A DNA stretch of 64,000 nt from Psilocybe cubensis. Its lineage: Eukaryota. Every line of letters starts with the position of its first letter. Position 1 is the first letter of the stretch. The translations under genes and the position numbers were made by a program. Shown piece by piece: positions 42,665-56,058 of this stretch. Below the pieces are notes generated by a model that was not told the origin of the DNA, ran no database searches, and was given only the letters and a program-made list of their open reading frames with translations. The stretch covers positions 496,001 to 560,000 of the forward strand of contig CM039001.1 in assembly GCA_017499595.2 (NCBI GenBank). Reading direction: 5' to 3'.

Positions 42665-43525
42665 ATGGCGACACCCACATCTCAAAATGGTGCTATTGAC
42701 ACATCCAAAATCGCCGGCAACGGCTCTGACGAAATCAAGCAGCTCCTGGGCGACATTGGAGAATTTTTCCATAGCCGACGTGCACCTGGGATGACCACCT
42801 CGGGATTTGGAGAAGCCATCCAAAAACGACTTAGACTCACAGAAATATCTTTCAACAAGAAAGCAGAGGAGGAAAGAAAAATGGAGGCGAGGGTGGTGAT
42901 GGAAACTGAAGTCCATGAAGGTATGTCTTTGCTGTGCTTACTGTGTCACTGGCTCAAATATGCAATTTCGTCTCAAGACGAATCACTGCTCCATGTTTGG
43001 CCATACTGACAAGTATTTTCACATGTAGATATGCTCAACGGTGGTGGAAACATCCATGGAGGTTGCTCAGCATTTCTAGTTGATACGTGCGTTAAGATAT
43101 TTTCTGAGGACAAGAATGATCCTGAAAATCTTGCTTTCTCCACAGATGCTCTTCCCTCGCACTCCTCGCTATGGTTAAAGAAACTCAAGGAGTTCTTGTT
43201 GCCACTGTATCCCAGTCATTGAACCTTGTATACCACTCGCCTGCACAACTGTAAGAATCTAAAATCTTCTCCAGTAATTATCTAGCCATTCTGATTATCT
43301 TTATGTACAGAGGAGACACTTTGCGGATCGTTAATACCACTCTCACTGTTGGCGCCAGAGCGCATTCTGTACGGACGGAAGTGCGTTTCATTATATTCTA
43401 TACATCACACTTACAAATGCTTATCCGACGGTCAGATCTGGAATGTAACACATCATCGACTAGTTGTTTCGGGAACCCATGTGAAAATGGTTCCATCTCT
43501 TCCTAAACCCAAATCCAACCTATGA
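42665..43525 (+). CDS. Hotdog-fold acyl-CoA thioesterase (PaaI/ACOT13-like), copy A
   Basis: DMLNGGGNIHGGCSAFLVD, VSQSLNLVYHSPA and GDTLRIVNTTL; ends PKPKSNL*. Confidence 0.85.
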
Positions 43526-44037
43526 TTTGGAATAATCTGTTTGAACCCACTCGACGATCAAAGGTATTTCTATTCCAGTCAATAAAATAATACCATTCGA
43601 CTACGATTCTGACATTCGATACTTTGCTATGTAGCTCTTTGCACCTAGCTAGTCATATACTATCGTATTTGCTCAGGTATTATTTACACATACCGCAGCA
43701 ACCTCCTCCTTGCTGGAGAAATTAATCTATTGTACTTAGACAAATAAGTCTTTCCTTGTTTTGAGGTTGGGGAGCGCATCATTGAGTACGTACTTTGTTT
43801 TGTGGGTATATTATCATCGGAGCAGATTGTGGGCGTAACACATCATTTGCGATTTGAAGGACATCTTTACGATGGCCAAGGACGGCGGTATTGAACTGCC
43901 GTTAAACTTTGTAAGGCCTCAGAACGACACATTTGAGTTTGACTGATGTTTCACGAACTGGCATCAGATCACGCTTATTCCGTTTTCTATACAAACCTAA
44001 TACCCTGACTACTGTTCACTTCCTATATTTTACAGCC

Positions 44038-44849
44038 ATGTCTGATTCCCATTCTACCTCTATCAATATTTCGAAAATCGCAGGAAACGCTCCCGACGAA
44101 ATTAAAGAGCTTCTTGGGGATCTTGGAACCTTTCTTGGTGTAGGCCTACGGAATGGGACCGTAGAGTTCGGGAACGCTATTCAGAGCAGGCTAAGAGTAA
44201 CAGATATAACTGTCAGGAAGAATCCAGTTGAGGAAAACAAAACGGAGGCGAAGGTGATCATGGAAATCCAAGTACAGGAAGGTAAGTGTTCCAATGTTGT
44301 CATAAAAAAGGAACCGTTTTCAACTATGAAGCTAACTAAATGCCTGGAAAACAATCCAGATATGCTTAACCCAGGTGGAAACCTTCATGGTGGTTGCTCC
44401 GCTTTACTAGTCGATGTGTAAGATGATTCACATATATGAGTTGATAAACTTCGGTTTCACCATTAGTACCAGGTGCTCGTCCATAGCTCTATGCGTAATG
44501 ATCCTGTCAAAACAAGAAGAAATGCGTATGACGGTTAGCCAACATCTGGATACTGTATATCACTCTCCCGCAGAACCGTGAGTGTAATAAATGCTGGAGT
44601 TTTCAAGGCATTTGTTCATCTTGATTGTAAAGAGGCGACACTTTACGGATAGTAAGTACTACGCTCGCCCTCGGTGCCAGGACACACTCTGCTCGAACCG
44701 AGGTGAGTGTCTGGAGGTGTGGATCTGTATAGTCAATCCTTATTTTTTCCATTAAGATTTGGAATGCAACAAAAAATCGCCTGGTTGCTTCAGGCACTCA
44801 TGTGAAAACAGTTCCTGCTCATGAGCAACGTATCGAATCAAAATTATGA
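44038..44849 (+). CDS. Hotdog-fold acyl-CoA thioesterase (PaaI/ACOT13-like), copy B
   Basis: Tandem paralog with the same exon layout; DMLNPGGNLHGGCSALLVD; ends RIESKL*. Confidence 0.85.
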
Positions 44850-44916
44850 TTTCATAAACGTCGTAAACATGAAATAAACGGTGAAAGTGGATAAATAGGT
44901 ATCATGCAGTAAAGAA

Positions 44917-46248
44917 TTAAACCATGTGCCCTGATCCAGAATGCTTTTCGTCTTTCACCCCCTCAACAGACTCCAATTCTTTCCTAGCCGAGTCTAAACC
45001 AATGGCAGCTTGTTCAAGCATGTCTCTTAGAAGTCCCAACTCTTTCTCATCTAACCCTTCAAGATTTTGTTCGGGTAAAACATCCTGAGGACTTTGGTTC
45101 CTCTGAATTGATTTAACGATCGTGTCCTTGACGATTCTCCAGACATGGGTATCTGTGGGGATCATCTCGTCGAGGATGGATCGTGTGTTCTTGCCAGCTT
45201 GCAGGACAAGAGCAGAGAAAGTGACGAGTGCAGTCCATTTAGGAAGGCGAACTGTCCGCACAACTGGCTTCTGAAGGAGGTTGTTGACCAATATCCTCTT
45301 TTGCAGATCTTCACGGTCAACCGAGGCGAGATATGCATTGTAGAGCCACGAGACGGCGAATGTGGAAAGAAACATGATTTGCCCAAAGAGTTCACCCTGA
45401 GGGACGATGAAGAGTTGGAGAAGGAATTGGAAAGTGAGAGCAAGAGAGACGAGTCCGATGTCATGGTATCTTGTTTCGCTTTTGTATTGCAAGTTGAATC
45501 GGCCCCTGGTGATGCTGCTGACCACCTGTTCGCTCCCTTTCAAAAGCACAACCCGGCCACTTGTGTTAAAGAGGATGCCATCTCCTGGAGGAGAGTTTGG
45601 AGAAGAGTTAGGTTGCACAATTTTGAGCTTTCCAGAACCAATCACGATACACGAGATTCCGTTACAGAAGCATCCAAGGACAATTGTCGAGAAGCAGAAC
45701 CAATCTCCGAATACTGCACAGGCGACAGCAGCAGCAAAGCTGGCCACGATAGGGATGATGCATGCAGGGTCGAAGGGCGATAAGCCATCTTTAGGAATCA
45801 CAGGATATCCTGGGAACTTTGCGAACTCGTTCAGGTGAACAACTGTGATATAGACGTCGGAGGTTTGTGGCGGCGCCGCTGAATAGTCAACCTCCAAGTC
45901 ACTGCAGTAACTCGAGAGGAGATACGAAAGATGGCCTGTCTTTTGGATGCGAGTACCGGAATGTGCTCCAACATAACGAGGACCCTCCTTTCCGTCTAAT
46001 TCCAACATACTGGTCGGGTCTATGTTTGGACCGGGATACAGGCCGTCCCAGATCCGCGAGCGGGCTAGCAACCCATACCGCTTGGCGACGAAGTAGCTCC
46101 CTGGAGAGTTATACCAGCCGAACCATCTTCGCCCTCGTACAAGATGCACACTGGACATCGCCGCAAAAGATTCCTCGTCACCGAAGAACCCACCGATTCC
46201 GGATATGTCCAGGTCGAAGTCGGCGTCTTTCAGCGGGATTTCGCGCAT
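44917..46248 (-). CDS. Hypothetical multi-pass membrane protein (intronless)
   Basis: 443-aa ORF with about 4 hydrophobic segments (IIPIVASFAAAVACAVFGDWFCFSTIVLG; IGLVSLALTFQFLLQLFIVPQG). Confidence 0.75.
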   Translation of the reverse strand: MREIPLKDADFDLDISGIGGFFGDEESFAAMSSVHLVRGRRWFGWYNSPGSYFVAKRYGLLARSRIWDGLYPGPNIDPTSMLELDGKEGPRYVGAHSGTRIQKTGHLSYLLSSYCSDLEVDYSAAPPQTSDVYITVVHLNEFAKFPGYPVIPKDGLSPFDPACIIPIVASFAAAVACAVFGDWFCFSTIVLGCFCNGISCIVIGSGKLKIVQPNSSPNSPPGDGILFNTSGRVVLLKGSEQVVSSITRGRFNLQYKSETRYHDIGLVSLALTFQFLLQLFIVPQGELFGQIMFLSTFAVSWLYNAYLASVDREDLQKRILVNNLLQKPVVRTVRLPKWTALVTFSALVLQAGKNTRSILDEMIPTDTHVWRIVKDTIVKSIQRNQSPQDVLPEQNLEGLDEKELGLLRDMLEQAAIGLDSARKELESVEGVKDEKHSGSGHMV

Positions 46249-47300
46249 TATCGAGGGGAAGTCGGCAAAATCTGAGATATCAAGGCAGGTGTTAGGGATG
46301 TTACGCGGGTGAAAATTAGTAAAACGTTACTTTGGGTATGGGTGGGGTCTAAGAAAACATCTTTTCAGCTTGATCGTAGGGTTTATATATTGTAGGCAGG
46401 TGCCTTGAGAGCTTTGACAGTTAGGTAAATTGGAGCAAGAATTCAGTATCCGCCAAGTAATAGACCTAAAATTAGAGTTGCAGATGTGAGGTCTCGATGA
46501 AAAGCGTCAATGACATACTTACCTTGGAACCGAATAACGCAAAGATAACTTCTTGTATTTTCTCGACATTGTTCGGATGACTAAAAGGTAATCAGAGGGG
46601 GTTTATATGATCTCTGGACGACCTCTTTGAAAGACAAAACTTGGCTAAAACAAGAGTTACTTACGGCAACTGCTTGAGAAAATACTTCTCGGCCGGAATT
46701 CAATCCGTTGATTAACCCATCCATTTGCATTTCATTAATTGCTCCAGCCTCCAACGAACCTTGTGCACGTGAAGTTCTCGAACGAAAATAAACCTACGTA
46801 CGGCGAAACATAACACCGAACGTCTCTTTATGTGCACTGGATCAATCTTGATGAAACTCGTGGGATAAAAGAAACGCATCCATGGATTTAAACCAAGTTC
46901 AGTGTGTATCCGAGGATGTAGCCAATGCCAGGGACACATGAAGTCATAGATGTGGCCAGAAACGAGGTCGTAGTGAATTTGATGAATCATCGTACATCGT
47001 TGTTCAAGTTTGCATCAAGTAACAGGTTGGTAAAAGATGACTGGGACCGTTTAGCGCGACTTACGCCACGAGCATGAGGACGCACGTGGTACCATTTAAC
47101 GCGTTATTTATTTCAGATACCACTGCCATTGCCAAATAATATTAACTATTGCCACCGCCGACACCAAATTATCTCAAGAGTCCCAACAACACCACAGGCT
47201 AAGTCCCCTCAAATTCTATTTGCTTTATTCGCCTTTCTTTAGATAAAACCATACAAGTGACTCTTTGGTGATGCAAAAGATCTATATATCCTAAAACATA

Positions 47301-50300
47301 ATGACACCTAAAGTGTCCCCGGCCTATACCCCAGGTTCACCCAACTACAATGTTGCCAAATTGCTTCTCATTGGACTCGCCTTTCACCTCGTTTATATCG
47401 GCTCGGTTTTTGACTGCTACTTCAAGAGTCCAGTTGTAAATGGCATGAATAATTATGGTTATCAGACAAGTGCAGCTGCAAAACGGCTTGTTCTCATTGT
47501 TGGTATGATCGGCGACACAACTACTAGTACTACAGCCTATTTGCTCAATCCTGACTTTCCAATAGGCGACGGACTTCGTGCAGACTTGTTGTTCTCTTTG
47601 AACGCTTTTCGGGACATTGCCGAATCGCCCAAAGTCGTAGCGCCTTACTTGAGGTCTATAGCAGAAACCAGAGGCGCATTCGGAATATCGCACACTCGCG
47701 TGCCAACGGAAAGTCGTCCGGGCCACGTCGCGATTATAGGTAAGTTTATTCGAAGTTTAACTTTTGAAAAACAAAGTCTGACACATTTCGAAGGTGGAAT
47801 GTATGAAGACGTATCTGCCGTGACGAAGGTATTCGACTTTCAGAGTTAGTCCAATTCGCTGACGTACAACGGGCGCAAAGGGATGGAAGACAAATCCGGT
47901 ATGTTCGATTTCGATTATATTTCGTATTTGCTTATTTATGCCTATCACAGGTAGACTTTGATTCAGTGTTTAATCAGTCATCTTCCACCTATTCATTTGG
48001 GTCACCGGATATCTTGCCCATGTTTGCCAAAGGTGCTACACCCGGTAAAGTCAAAGCTTGGAGCTATGATGAAGAGGAAGAGGATTTCACAAAAGGTATA
48101 TGATGTCGGGATATCGTGAGATTGTTCTACACATCCTAACAGATTATCGTTTTAGATGCAACTGCTTTGGACATCTGGGTTCTTGACCAAATGAAGATAC
48201 TTTTTGCAAACGCCACCGCTAACTCCTCGTTATCGAGCGAATTGCACTCCGACAAGATTGTATTTTTTCTGCATCTGCTTGGCTTGGACACGACAGGACA
48301 TTCGTATCGACCTCATTCCAAAGAATACATGAAGAACATCCAAGTAGTCGACAGCATAGTGCGCGAAACTGAGAAGCTTGTCAATGACTTTTATGGGGAT
48401 GAAGACACGGCCTTTATCTTCACTGCTGACCATGGTATGTCCGTAATTGGGAATCACGGTGACGGTCGTAAGTTGAGCACACAAATGCAGACAAAATAAG
48501 GATTGACCTCTATCTTCAGATCCGGACAATACACGGACGCCTTTGATTGCTTGGGGTAGAGGCATACGAGGGCCTCTTCCGGACAGCAAAATATCGTCTC
48601 ATGACGTTTACTCGAAACCATGGAATCTCGGCCACTTATTTCGTCGGGATGTAGAGCAAGCAGATATCGCGGCACTTATGGCAGCTCTTCTCGGGATAAA
48701 CTGGCCCGTCAACTCTGTGGGAGTCCTGCCTGATGTGGATGCTCAATCTCCTGGCTATCTGAATCCTTCGATTCTTGGAGAAGAAGCCATCGCAAGAACT
48801 GCTCTGACAAATGCAAAGGTGCGCAATTTCCGGAAACCTTTTGCTCGTGCATTTTTGTTGACATATCAAAGGTCATTTTGGAGCAATATAGAATGAAACA
48901 CGGTATGTGTGTGCCTAAATCTTTAAACCTTTGTCATTGACGTTGCAAACTCAGAGCTCAAGAAAAGGCACACTTTGCTATACAAACCTTTTAAGCCATT
49001 GTCAAATGTTACTACCACGGAGGATACACCTCAAATCTTTAACATAAACCTCCTCATCGCCGAAAAACAATGGGATGCTGCTCGACGAGCTTCCTTCGAC
49101 CTTATTCAACAGAGTTTACTTGGGCTCCACTACTTGCAAACCTATGATCGCCTCATGATTAGAGCGTTCGTCACCGCTGCTTACCTTGGTTGGGCCGCAT
49201 ATGCGTCACTGTTTCTTTTCCGACCTTTGGATTACACAACATCGGTACTCAAACCTTCTAACCAGGACATTCGAAAGGCGCTTAACGCAGGAAGTTGGAC
49301 GATATTGGCGGCATTTTGGCTATCATTTTCTGTCCAAAGGTCGCCCTGGAGTTTCTATGTCTACATAACATTCCCGTGCTACTTCTGGAATCAGTTCTTG
49401 TCACAGGTCGTTACCACGTCCGGCATTTTAATTAACTTCAACTGGAGGAAAGGGGCCCTTGTTCTCGTCAATTCATCCTTGGTTGTGGTTGCTTTATTTG
49501 GCATGGTTGTGAGTTTCTGCTAATCTTTATGAACTATGAGGTAGTCTGATAACAATTTTACGTCGTAGGTTGGTTATACCCATAGATCTGTTTGGAGCAT
49601 TGGATTTGGCATCCTTGGTCTGGCCTGGCCTCTTTCCTGGAACCCTGACGTTCGTGCAGCCCACTGGAGAAGTCTGACCTTTTGGACTGTCTCTTGCTTA
49701 GCAACCTCCGTCTTTCCACTTCTTTCCGTTGATAAAAGTGAAAGTCTGGTAACAATGTGTGTAGTATGGCATCTCGATCATTTTGTGACTTTGCTTAATT
49801 CCTTGTTTAACATTTTAGTATGATCGGAGGGTCTGCAGTCATTATGACAGGCTCATTTGCGACGTGGCAAATATTGCTTTCTGTTAAGGAACAAAAGACA
49901 AGAAAGAGCCTACTGCGCATATTCGTGTCTCAGGTGCTTCAATTTCCACGTCACCCCAGTTTATTCCTCTAACGGAGTTTAACAATAAGGTTATCTTGGT
50001 ATGCATCACAATGAGTATCACGGCATCTTCAGTACGCGAATTGCAAGCTAAGAGGGGACTCCCGTTTCTAAACCAGTCTGCTGGATGGATTATTCTAGGT
50101 GTGTATCATGGCAATCGAAGGTCTTGCATGCTGATATTCGTGGCCAGTTACATCGTCTGTGTTTCCCTTCATGGTCAGGACTAAAGTCCATACGAAGTAC
50201 TCCAAGATCTTAATGTATTTTCTTGGATTTGGGCCATGCTTTGTGATCCTGTCGATCAGTGTTGAAGGTCTCTTTTTTGTGGCATACTCCGCAGTATTGG

Positions 50301-51133
50301 TTGCTTGGATTCAGGTTGAAAAGGCGGTGCGACTGAGCCATAGTGGCCATGCTGATTCGATATCGGCAAATTCGAAAGGCCAGGATGCTTCCAAGGATAG
50401 AACAGGCAAAACCAATTTGGCACAAGCTGCCGTTGCTCATAAGTTCCAAATGGATGATTTACGCATTGCTCTGTTCTTTTTGTTTTTTGTCCAGGTCGGT
50501 TTCTTTGGGACTGGCAAGTACGTTGATTTCTCTGTGCAGATAAATTTTCCGCTAATGTTTGTTTGTGTAGTGTCGCTTCTATATCGTATGTTTTCCAAAA
50601 CTTTCAGACTTCTTGTCGTGCTGAGAGATTGTGTATCCTCAGGTCTTTCTATCTCGCGCCTGTCTATCGACTAATTCCTATCTTTAATCCATTTTATATG
50701 TCGAGCTTATTGGTTAGTTTTATTCAATTGTCTATTATTTTATGTAACACATCGCCTCTAGGTCTTCAAAATAATTGCACCGTACATCATGCTATCGGTC
50801 TCATTTGCAGTCCTTAACGACTCTCTAAACCTTCCACCATTTTCTCTGCTCTTGGTCGCACTTACCATCACCGACGGTTAGTCCCTTATTGTGTCCGGAG
50901 TAGGACACTAACTTACCATGGCAACTTGAACTTTTCCATCAGGCATGACGCTAGCCTTCTTTTTCAAGGTTCAAGACACCGGGTCATGGCTGGAAATCGG
51001 CCAGTCCATCAGTTTCTTTTGTATAACGTCGCTGCTCCTCTTGTGGGCGGCTGGCATATGTACAGCTGGGGAATATCTCATGGCAGATGTCTTGACGACG
51101 TCGATATCTTCACGCCATATCAAGCAAAACTAG
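47301..51133 (+). CDS. MCD4: GPI ethanolamine-phosphate transferase 1 (PIG-N)
   Basis: [75 protein letters not shown] and GSWLEIG. Confidence 0.95.
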
Positions 51134-51726
51134 CCCTACGGTTATAAATATAATGTCGCCACTGTTGGAACTGCGTTTGTCTTTTGTTCTCCTCAACGGA
51201 AACAAGGGTGGTCTGAAACATGACATGGACACCTCAAGATAGTCGGTAGATGCGAATGTGCGAAATGACCGCTGGTGACCCTTGTGTGTAAGTAAATCTT
51301 TTTCCAACATGTCGTCGATGAATCTTTTTTGCAAAATATCTTTTCTGTTACCCACTTGTACGCGTGCGCGGTGCCCATTTAGATCACGTGATATCATAAG
51401 CGCAGCGTGCTACATCTAAAGTGTAGTAACCTGTGCGATAGCTCAGAGGCAACATGTTAGGCGCCCCGGCGCAGCTGGAGCATTGGGTGCTTGCCATCAG
51501 ACATAATTCTACTAAACCCCAATGTGACTTCTATTTAATTGACAAGGCTCCGCAGCACGCCTATCCGGGAATCCTTCAGAGGTCAAACAATAACGACGTA
51601 TCACTATTGGTCACACAGAGAATTTTAGGGACTCGACGTCACTAAATGAAGGTGGATGCCTCTTTAAAATGGCTACTGAGGAGCTCAGAGACATGTACCT
51701 CATCCCATCTTCAAGCTTTAGCCCTC

Positions 51727-53558
51727 ATGGCAGATCGCATTGAAACCAGTTCTGATACGCCTCCCGCTCAATGGCAATTTTCTAGTAGGCTCGATGCACC
51801 CCCGAGATACTCTGCAGTCTTTGCAGATCCCGGAGAGCAAATTTCAACAAACGCTATACCTACCAATCATGAATTCGTCCTCCATGGGGGAATTTTCAAG
51901 CCAAAACCATGGGCAACACTCCGCGTCTTCAGCAGGCCATCAAAGGTGAAGCAGAAGCACCCAATTTTTTTCGGTGGGGACAATGTGACTGGAGAAATGA
52001 AGCTCAAGCTAGGCAATCAATCTATCAGCTCCATTTCGATATTAGTTGAGTGCCTTAATAATTTCGTATCCGAATGATCCTAAAGAATAATATAATAGCT
52101 GAAGGGACTTCTGGTCACCAGTTTCCGATCTGATGGAGGATCCTATACCTTCCTCGAGTACACTTATAACGTGTGGGACAAAGGGGACGGTGATCCAAGA
52201 TTATCCGACGGTGCAGCCAAAAACAATTTTAATGGCAAACTATCTGGGGACGTAGAATTCTCTTTTGCATTCCCATTTCCCCCTACAGTCGATCTCTCAT
52301 CATTACCTTCTAACAAAGGGAAAGGCCATCGTGGATCATCTGCTGTTTATCAAACACCGCAAACTTTCTTAGACCACAACATTACGTCTAATATAGAATA
52401 TGAATTGGTTCTTCTCATAACCCATGGCCCACTTCGTCCTGATAGCAAGTCAGTTCTCATTTTCTTTCACATGATGATAGCAGTATGAATTTCAATTATT
52501 TTCAGACTCAAAGGCCGTATTTGGTTCATACCGCAAATCACTCCTGATCCACCTTCAGACATGCGACAAATGGCATATCGCGAAGGTGCATTGCTACCAG
52601 GCCCTGAAGCAGATCCAGAAGGCTGGCTCCCTTTACCTCCTCTTTCAATCAGAGGTACGGTTCAACAGAATAAAATCATAGAACTAGAGTACCATGTAAG
52701 CAAAATCGCTTGCTCTATTTTGTATTGATGATGAGTTATTTACTTCTACGTTCATAGCTCTATCTGGCCAAACCTGTAGAAATTTTCAATTTTTTTCTTG
52801 AGTAGGACGCTGATAAAGGTATATCTATCTAGCTTTGCTATACCAGAGGCACAGTTATACCCTGCTATCTCATCATCTCAAGCGCTGATTCCCGGTCCCT
52901 TGAGATCCTTGCTGATTCTAAACTGCAATATGTCCGACTAGCTCGATACATACGATATTTTGATTCACCCACCAAATGCGTCCAGCAAACACTTCAAGGA
53001 AAGAAACCCAGTTTTCTGGAGGAAATTGACGAAGCAGAGCTGGCCGTCTGGTGGATCCCTCCCAAAGATGTTCTCCAGGAACCATATTGTAAAAGGTTGG
53101 AAGGGGAAATACACTTGGCAAAAGAACTTGCACCGTCATCCAACTTTGCCCCATTGTCTGTTGAGGTACGCTACTATAATCTGCGGCGATATAAGTCTGA
53201 ACACTGAAATGTTGATTCTACAGTATTACGTTGAGGCCATGGCCTTCCCCTCTGAGATTTTTAAACATTGCGAATCATCCAGTGGATTAAAGAACGTTAC
53301 GGATGGTTTCGAGACGAAAATATTACAGAGTCATCCCGTAACAATTGCTACCTTCAATGCTAGCGGTCCCCCTCAAGTAGCCTACACACCACGTCAGCGA
53401 CCGTCGCTGGCGCATCGAAAAGATGACGACGGTGGGATCGGATTTAACCGCATTTCTGGCGCTAAATACGGTATGTATGTTCTTGAGCTACTTATCATGG
53501 TTGATTCTAAAACTTTTTCGATGTAGGGCTTGGCCACTCTGCTACCCTGGGAATCTGA
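51727..53558 (+). CDS. Arrestin-N-like hypothetical protein (spliced)
   Basis: PPRYS, PWATL...PIFFGGDNVTGEMKL, FSFAFPFP, TPQTF, IEYEL and YTRGTVIPC, a pattern typical of agaric arrestin-like proteins. Confidence 0.65.
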
Positions 53559-53739
53559 TGTTGGAAGTGTGTAATTTATTGGATAATATCATCCACATAT
53601 AACTATTGCTTTACTTTTATTCTACAAAAACCATATAAGTTTTCAGTGCTCGATGACTCCATGGGCTAAAAGTGATGAAACAAGTAATCACCGCCGACTC
53701 CAACTCTTATAATTCTAACTCTATCATCATGTTCCATAC

Positions 53740-54494
53740 TCAGGGATATCTATTCCAGTTTGATAGTGAACTGTAGGTGCTCCGTACAAACGGAAGGCCG
53801 TTAGCGGTAAACTCGATATTACCATGGTAGCCTTGGAATGCAGCCAAATTAACTAATGGCACACCAAAGGATCTCGAGGACACGGTAGAAGATCTAGTCG
53901 AGGCTGCGACGTGTTGGGTCTGTACTTGAGGAGAATCTTTATGATTTCCAGGTTCCGACGTCGATTTTAATGGTAAAGTCGGAACGGGGTATTTATTGAG
54001 CCTTGCGGTTTGGCCACCCAAGTGGGCACCACTGTAATCTGCTGGGGAGACGTTGGTGCGGGCTATGAAAGAGTTGTTATCAAAGGTAACATCTCTAATA
54101 CTTGACTTACCCATCTAGATAATTAATACATGCAGAGTAAATTTCAATAGGTATAAATAAACGAAGATATCGAACCTGATTGGTCATCTGGCTGAGCTGC
54201 TTGGTGCAAGGCCGATTAAGTGGGTTTGTACGTCTCTGGGTGAAAAGTTATCGTGAGATATACGGACTCAGGGAATAAATATGCTCATACCAACTGTTTT
54301 GACTTCATTCTTGAACTTTGTGAGATGTTGACTATCTTTGCAGAGTTCTCGAGATTTTCAATATCCATTATCAAAGATGAAAGGAGAACAAAAGTTTGGG
54401 GTGAATCTGGAAAGTGTGGGTTATATACGCCAGGCAGTGATCGACTCTGTGACACCAGGGCCTTCAAACGTAATAGGGCCACAAATTGCCGCAT
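53740..54494 (-). CDS. Possible small hypothetical gene (5' end unclear)
   Basis: A 124-aa ORF (53740-54114) and upstream ORF pieces separated by plausible introns; no recognisable motif. Confidence 0.3.
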
Positions 54495-56058
54495 TGTATA
54501 CTGGCTTAAGCTAGGTCACAATATCAACGACGTGCACTTCTGCCGGCCGCCCAACAAGACTTGATGCATCTGTGAAATGGATTTAGTGCTAGGACCTGAT
54601 TAAAATTGTATTTGAAAAGTTCCAGACTCTATTAACATGTATTGTGCGTAAAAAGAGTCTCCCTTTTATATTTACTAGTATGTTGACCAGATGTTGACAC
54701 AAACAGCCAAGTTGTTTGCTCGAAATCACGTGGTCTGCCAGGCAATTGGCGCTGAACGCTGATTGGCGCCCACGGAAGTTATACGCAGAGCAGATAAATA
54801 GGGGACAAACGTTTGGAACTCAACAGTGTGTCCAAGTCTTAATGCAGGTTATATATTTGTTTATTGTCGTAAAATTTCAAAAAGTTGGATTAAATTGGAG
54901 GGTTCTCCTTGCTTGCCTCTTTGTGATATGCCCAGTCCTACAACAATGGAGATTGATAGTTAATTAGGCATGGTAGGTATAGATGTTAAAGCGAAATGCT
55001 TAAAGCTCTTAACACTTAACACTCACGATTACAATAAAACGAGGCTACTCATTTGACATTGATGGAGGTGGAGGCTCCAGAGTTGATTTTGGGATATTCC
55101 AAATGACGGATGGATTCTCGAGATTGTCGGCCAGGTCAAAACTGGACATTCATCCAGTGCCCAGAGAAAGTGCTGCATATTATCATCCAACTATTCGAAT
55201 ATATGGAATTATACCCAGTACCAATGAAATTTAGAAAAAGGTTCTTTAAAGTGTCAAACTTGTCTTTGGCCAAGTCGAGATTGTCAGCCAGACAGTACAC
55301 CCTCAAGCTTGAGTCAGTAAAACGCAGGGGCTAATGAAACACCGTGGTCCAGTATTTTCAAAATATAAGTTTGATGAAAAAAACTCTTTTTCTCAGGGAA
55401 GAATATGATATAGTCGCCGTAGTTGCCATTGAATCCAGGATTACAGTTCAAATAAACGAACTGCAACAGTTTACTAACAAGCACACCGATGGCCTCGTGA
55501 GGTCAAAAGAATTGTTTTAACAAATAACCTCTGATGCATGAATACTGTGTTATAGCGAGATAACAGGAAAGCATTGATAAAAAAAAAAGTCTGTGAATCA
55601 CTTTTATATGGGTGGCCCAACGTACGTATTTGGCTTCAATGCGGTACAAGTGGGAAAGAAAGCAGTCCAAAGGGATCACGGGCACTGACAGGCATGTCTA
55701 GGTACCCACTGTGTTATAGTGCAACAGCATTTGCGTTTACTAAGCGCTCATGTAGACTTTGAGATAAAGCGATATCGCTGACTTGAACACTGAAAGAAAA
55801 ACAAAACCTCCAGCCCTTTTGCAAGTCGAGCTGAACTTTCCCGGTTCCGGCCAAAGAGGCTCGGTTCATCGGAACCGCTGAACCGACTGAGGAAATTCCG
55901 AACCATGTGTCTTAGCTAATCACATCATTGAGCCAGTCGTTCGCTTGACCCCACGCGAGTTCGGTTCGGCCTCAAGCCACTTTGGTTTTTACTCTCTACA
56001 CCCATTTCCCAATATTCCTCTTTTTCGTGCCCACAAATACCTAACATCCTGGATTCAC

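Noticed and set aside
34554-46248. Secondary-metabolite cluster formed by ncAAAD2, the 2OG dioxygenase and the thioesterases
   Set aside because: The dioxygenase is AlkB-type, an HDAC gene intervenes, and there is no backbone synthase or shared promoter motif. Adjacency alone is insufficient.
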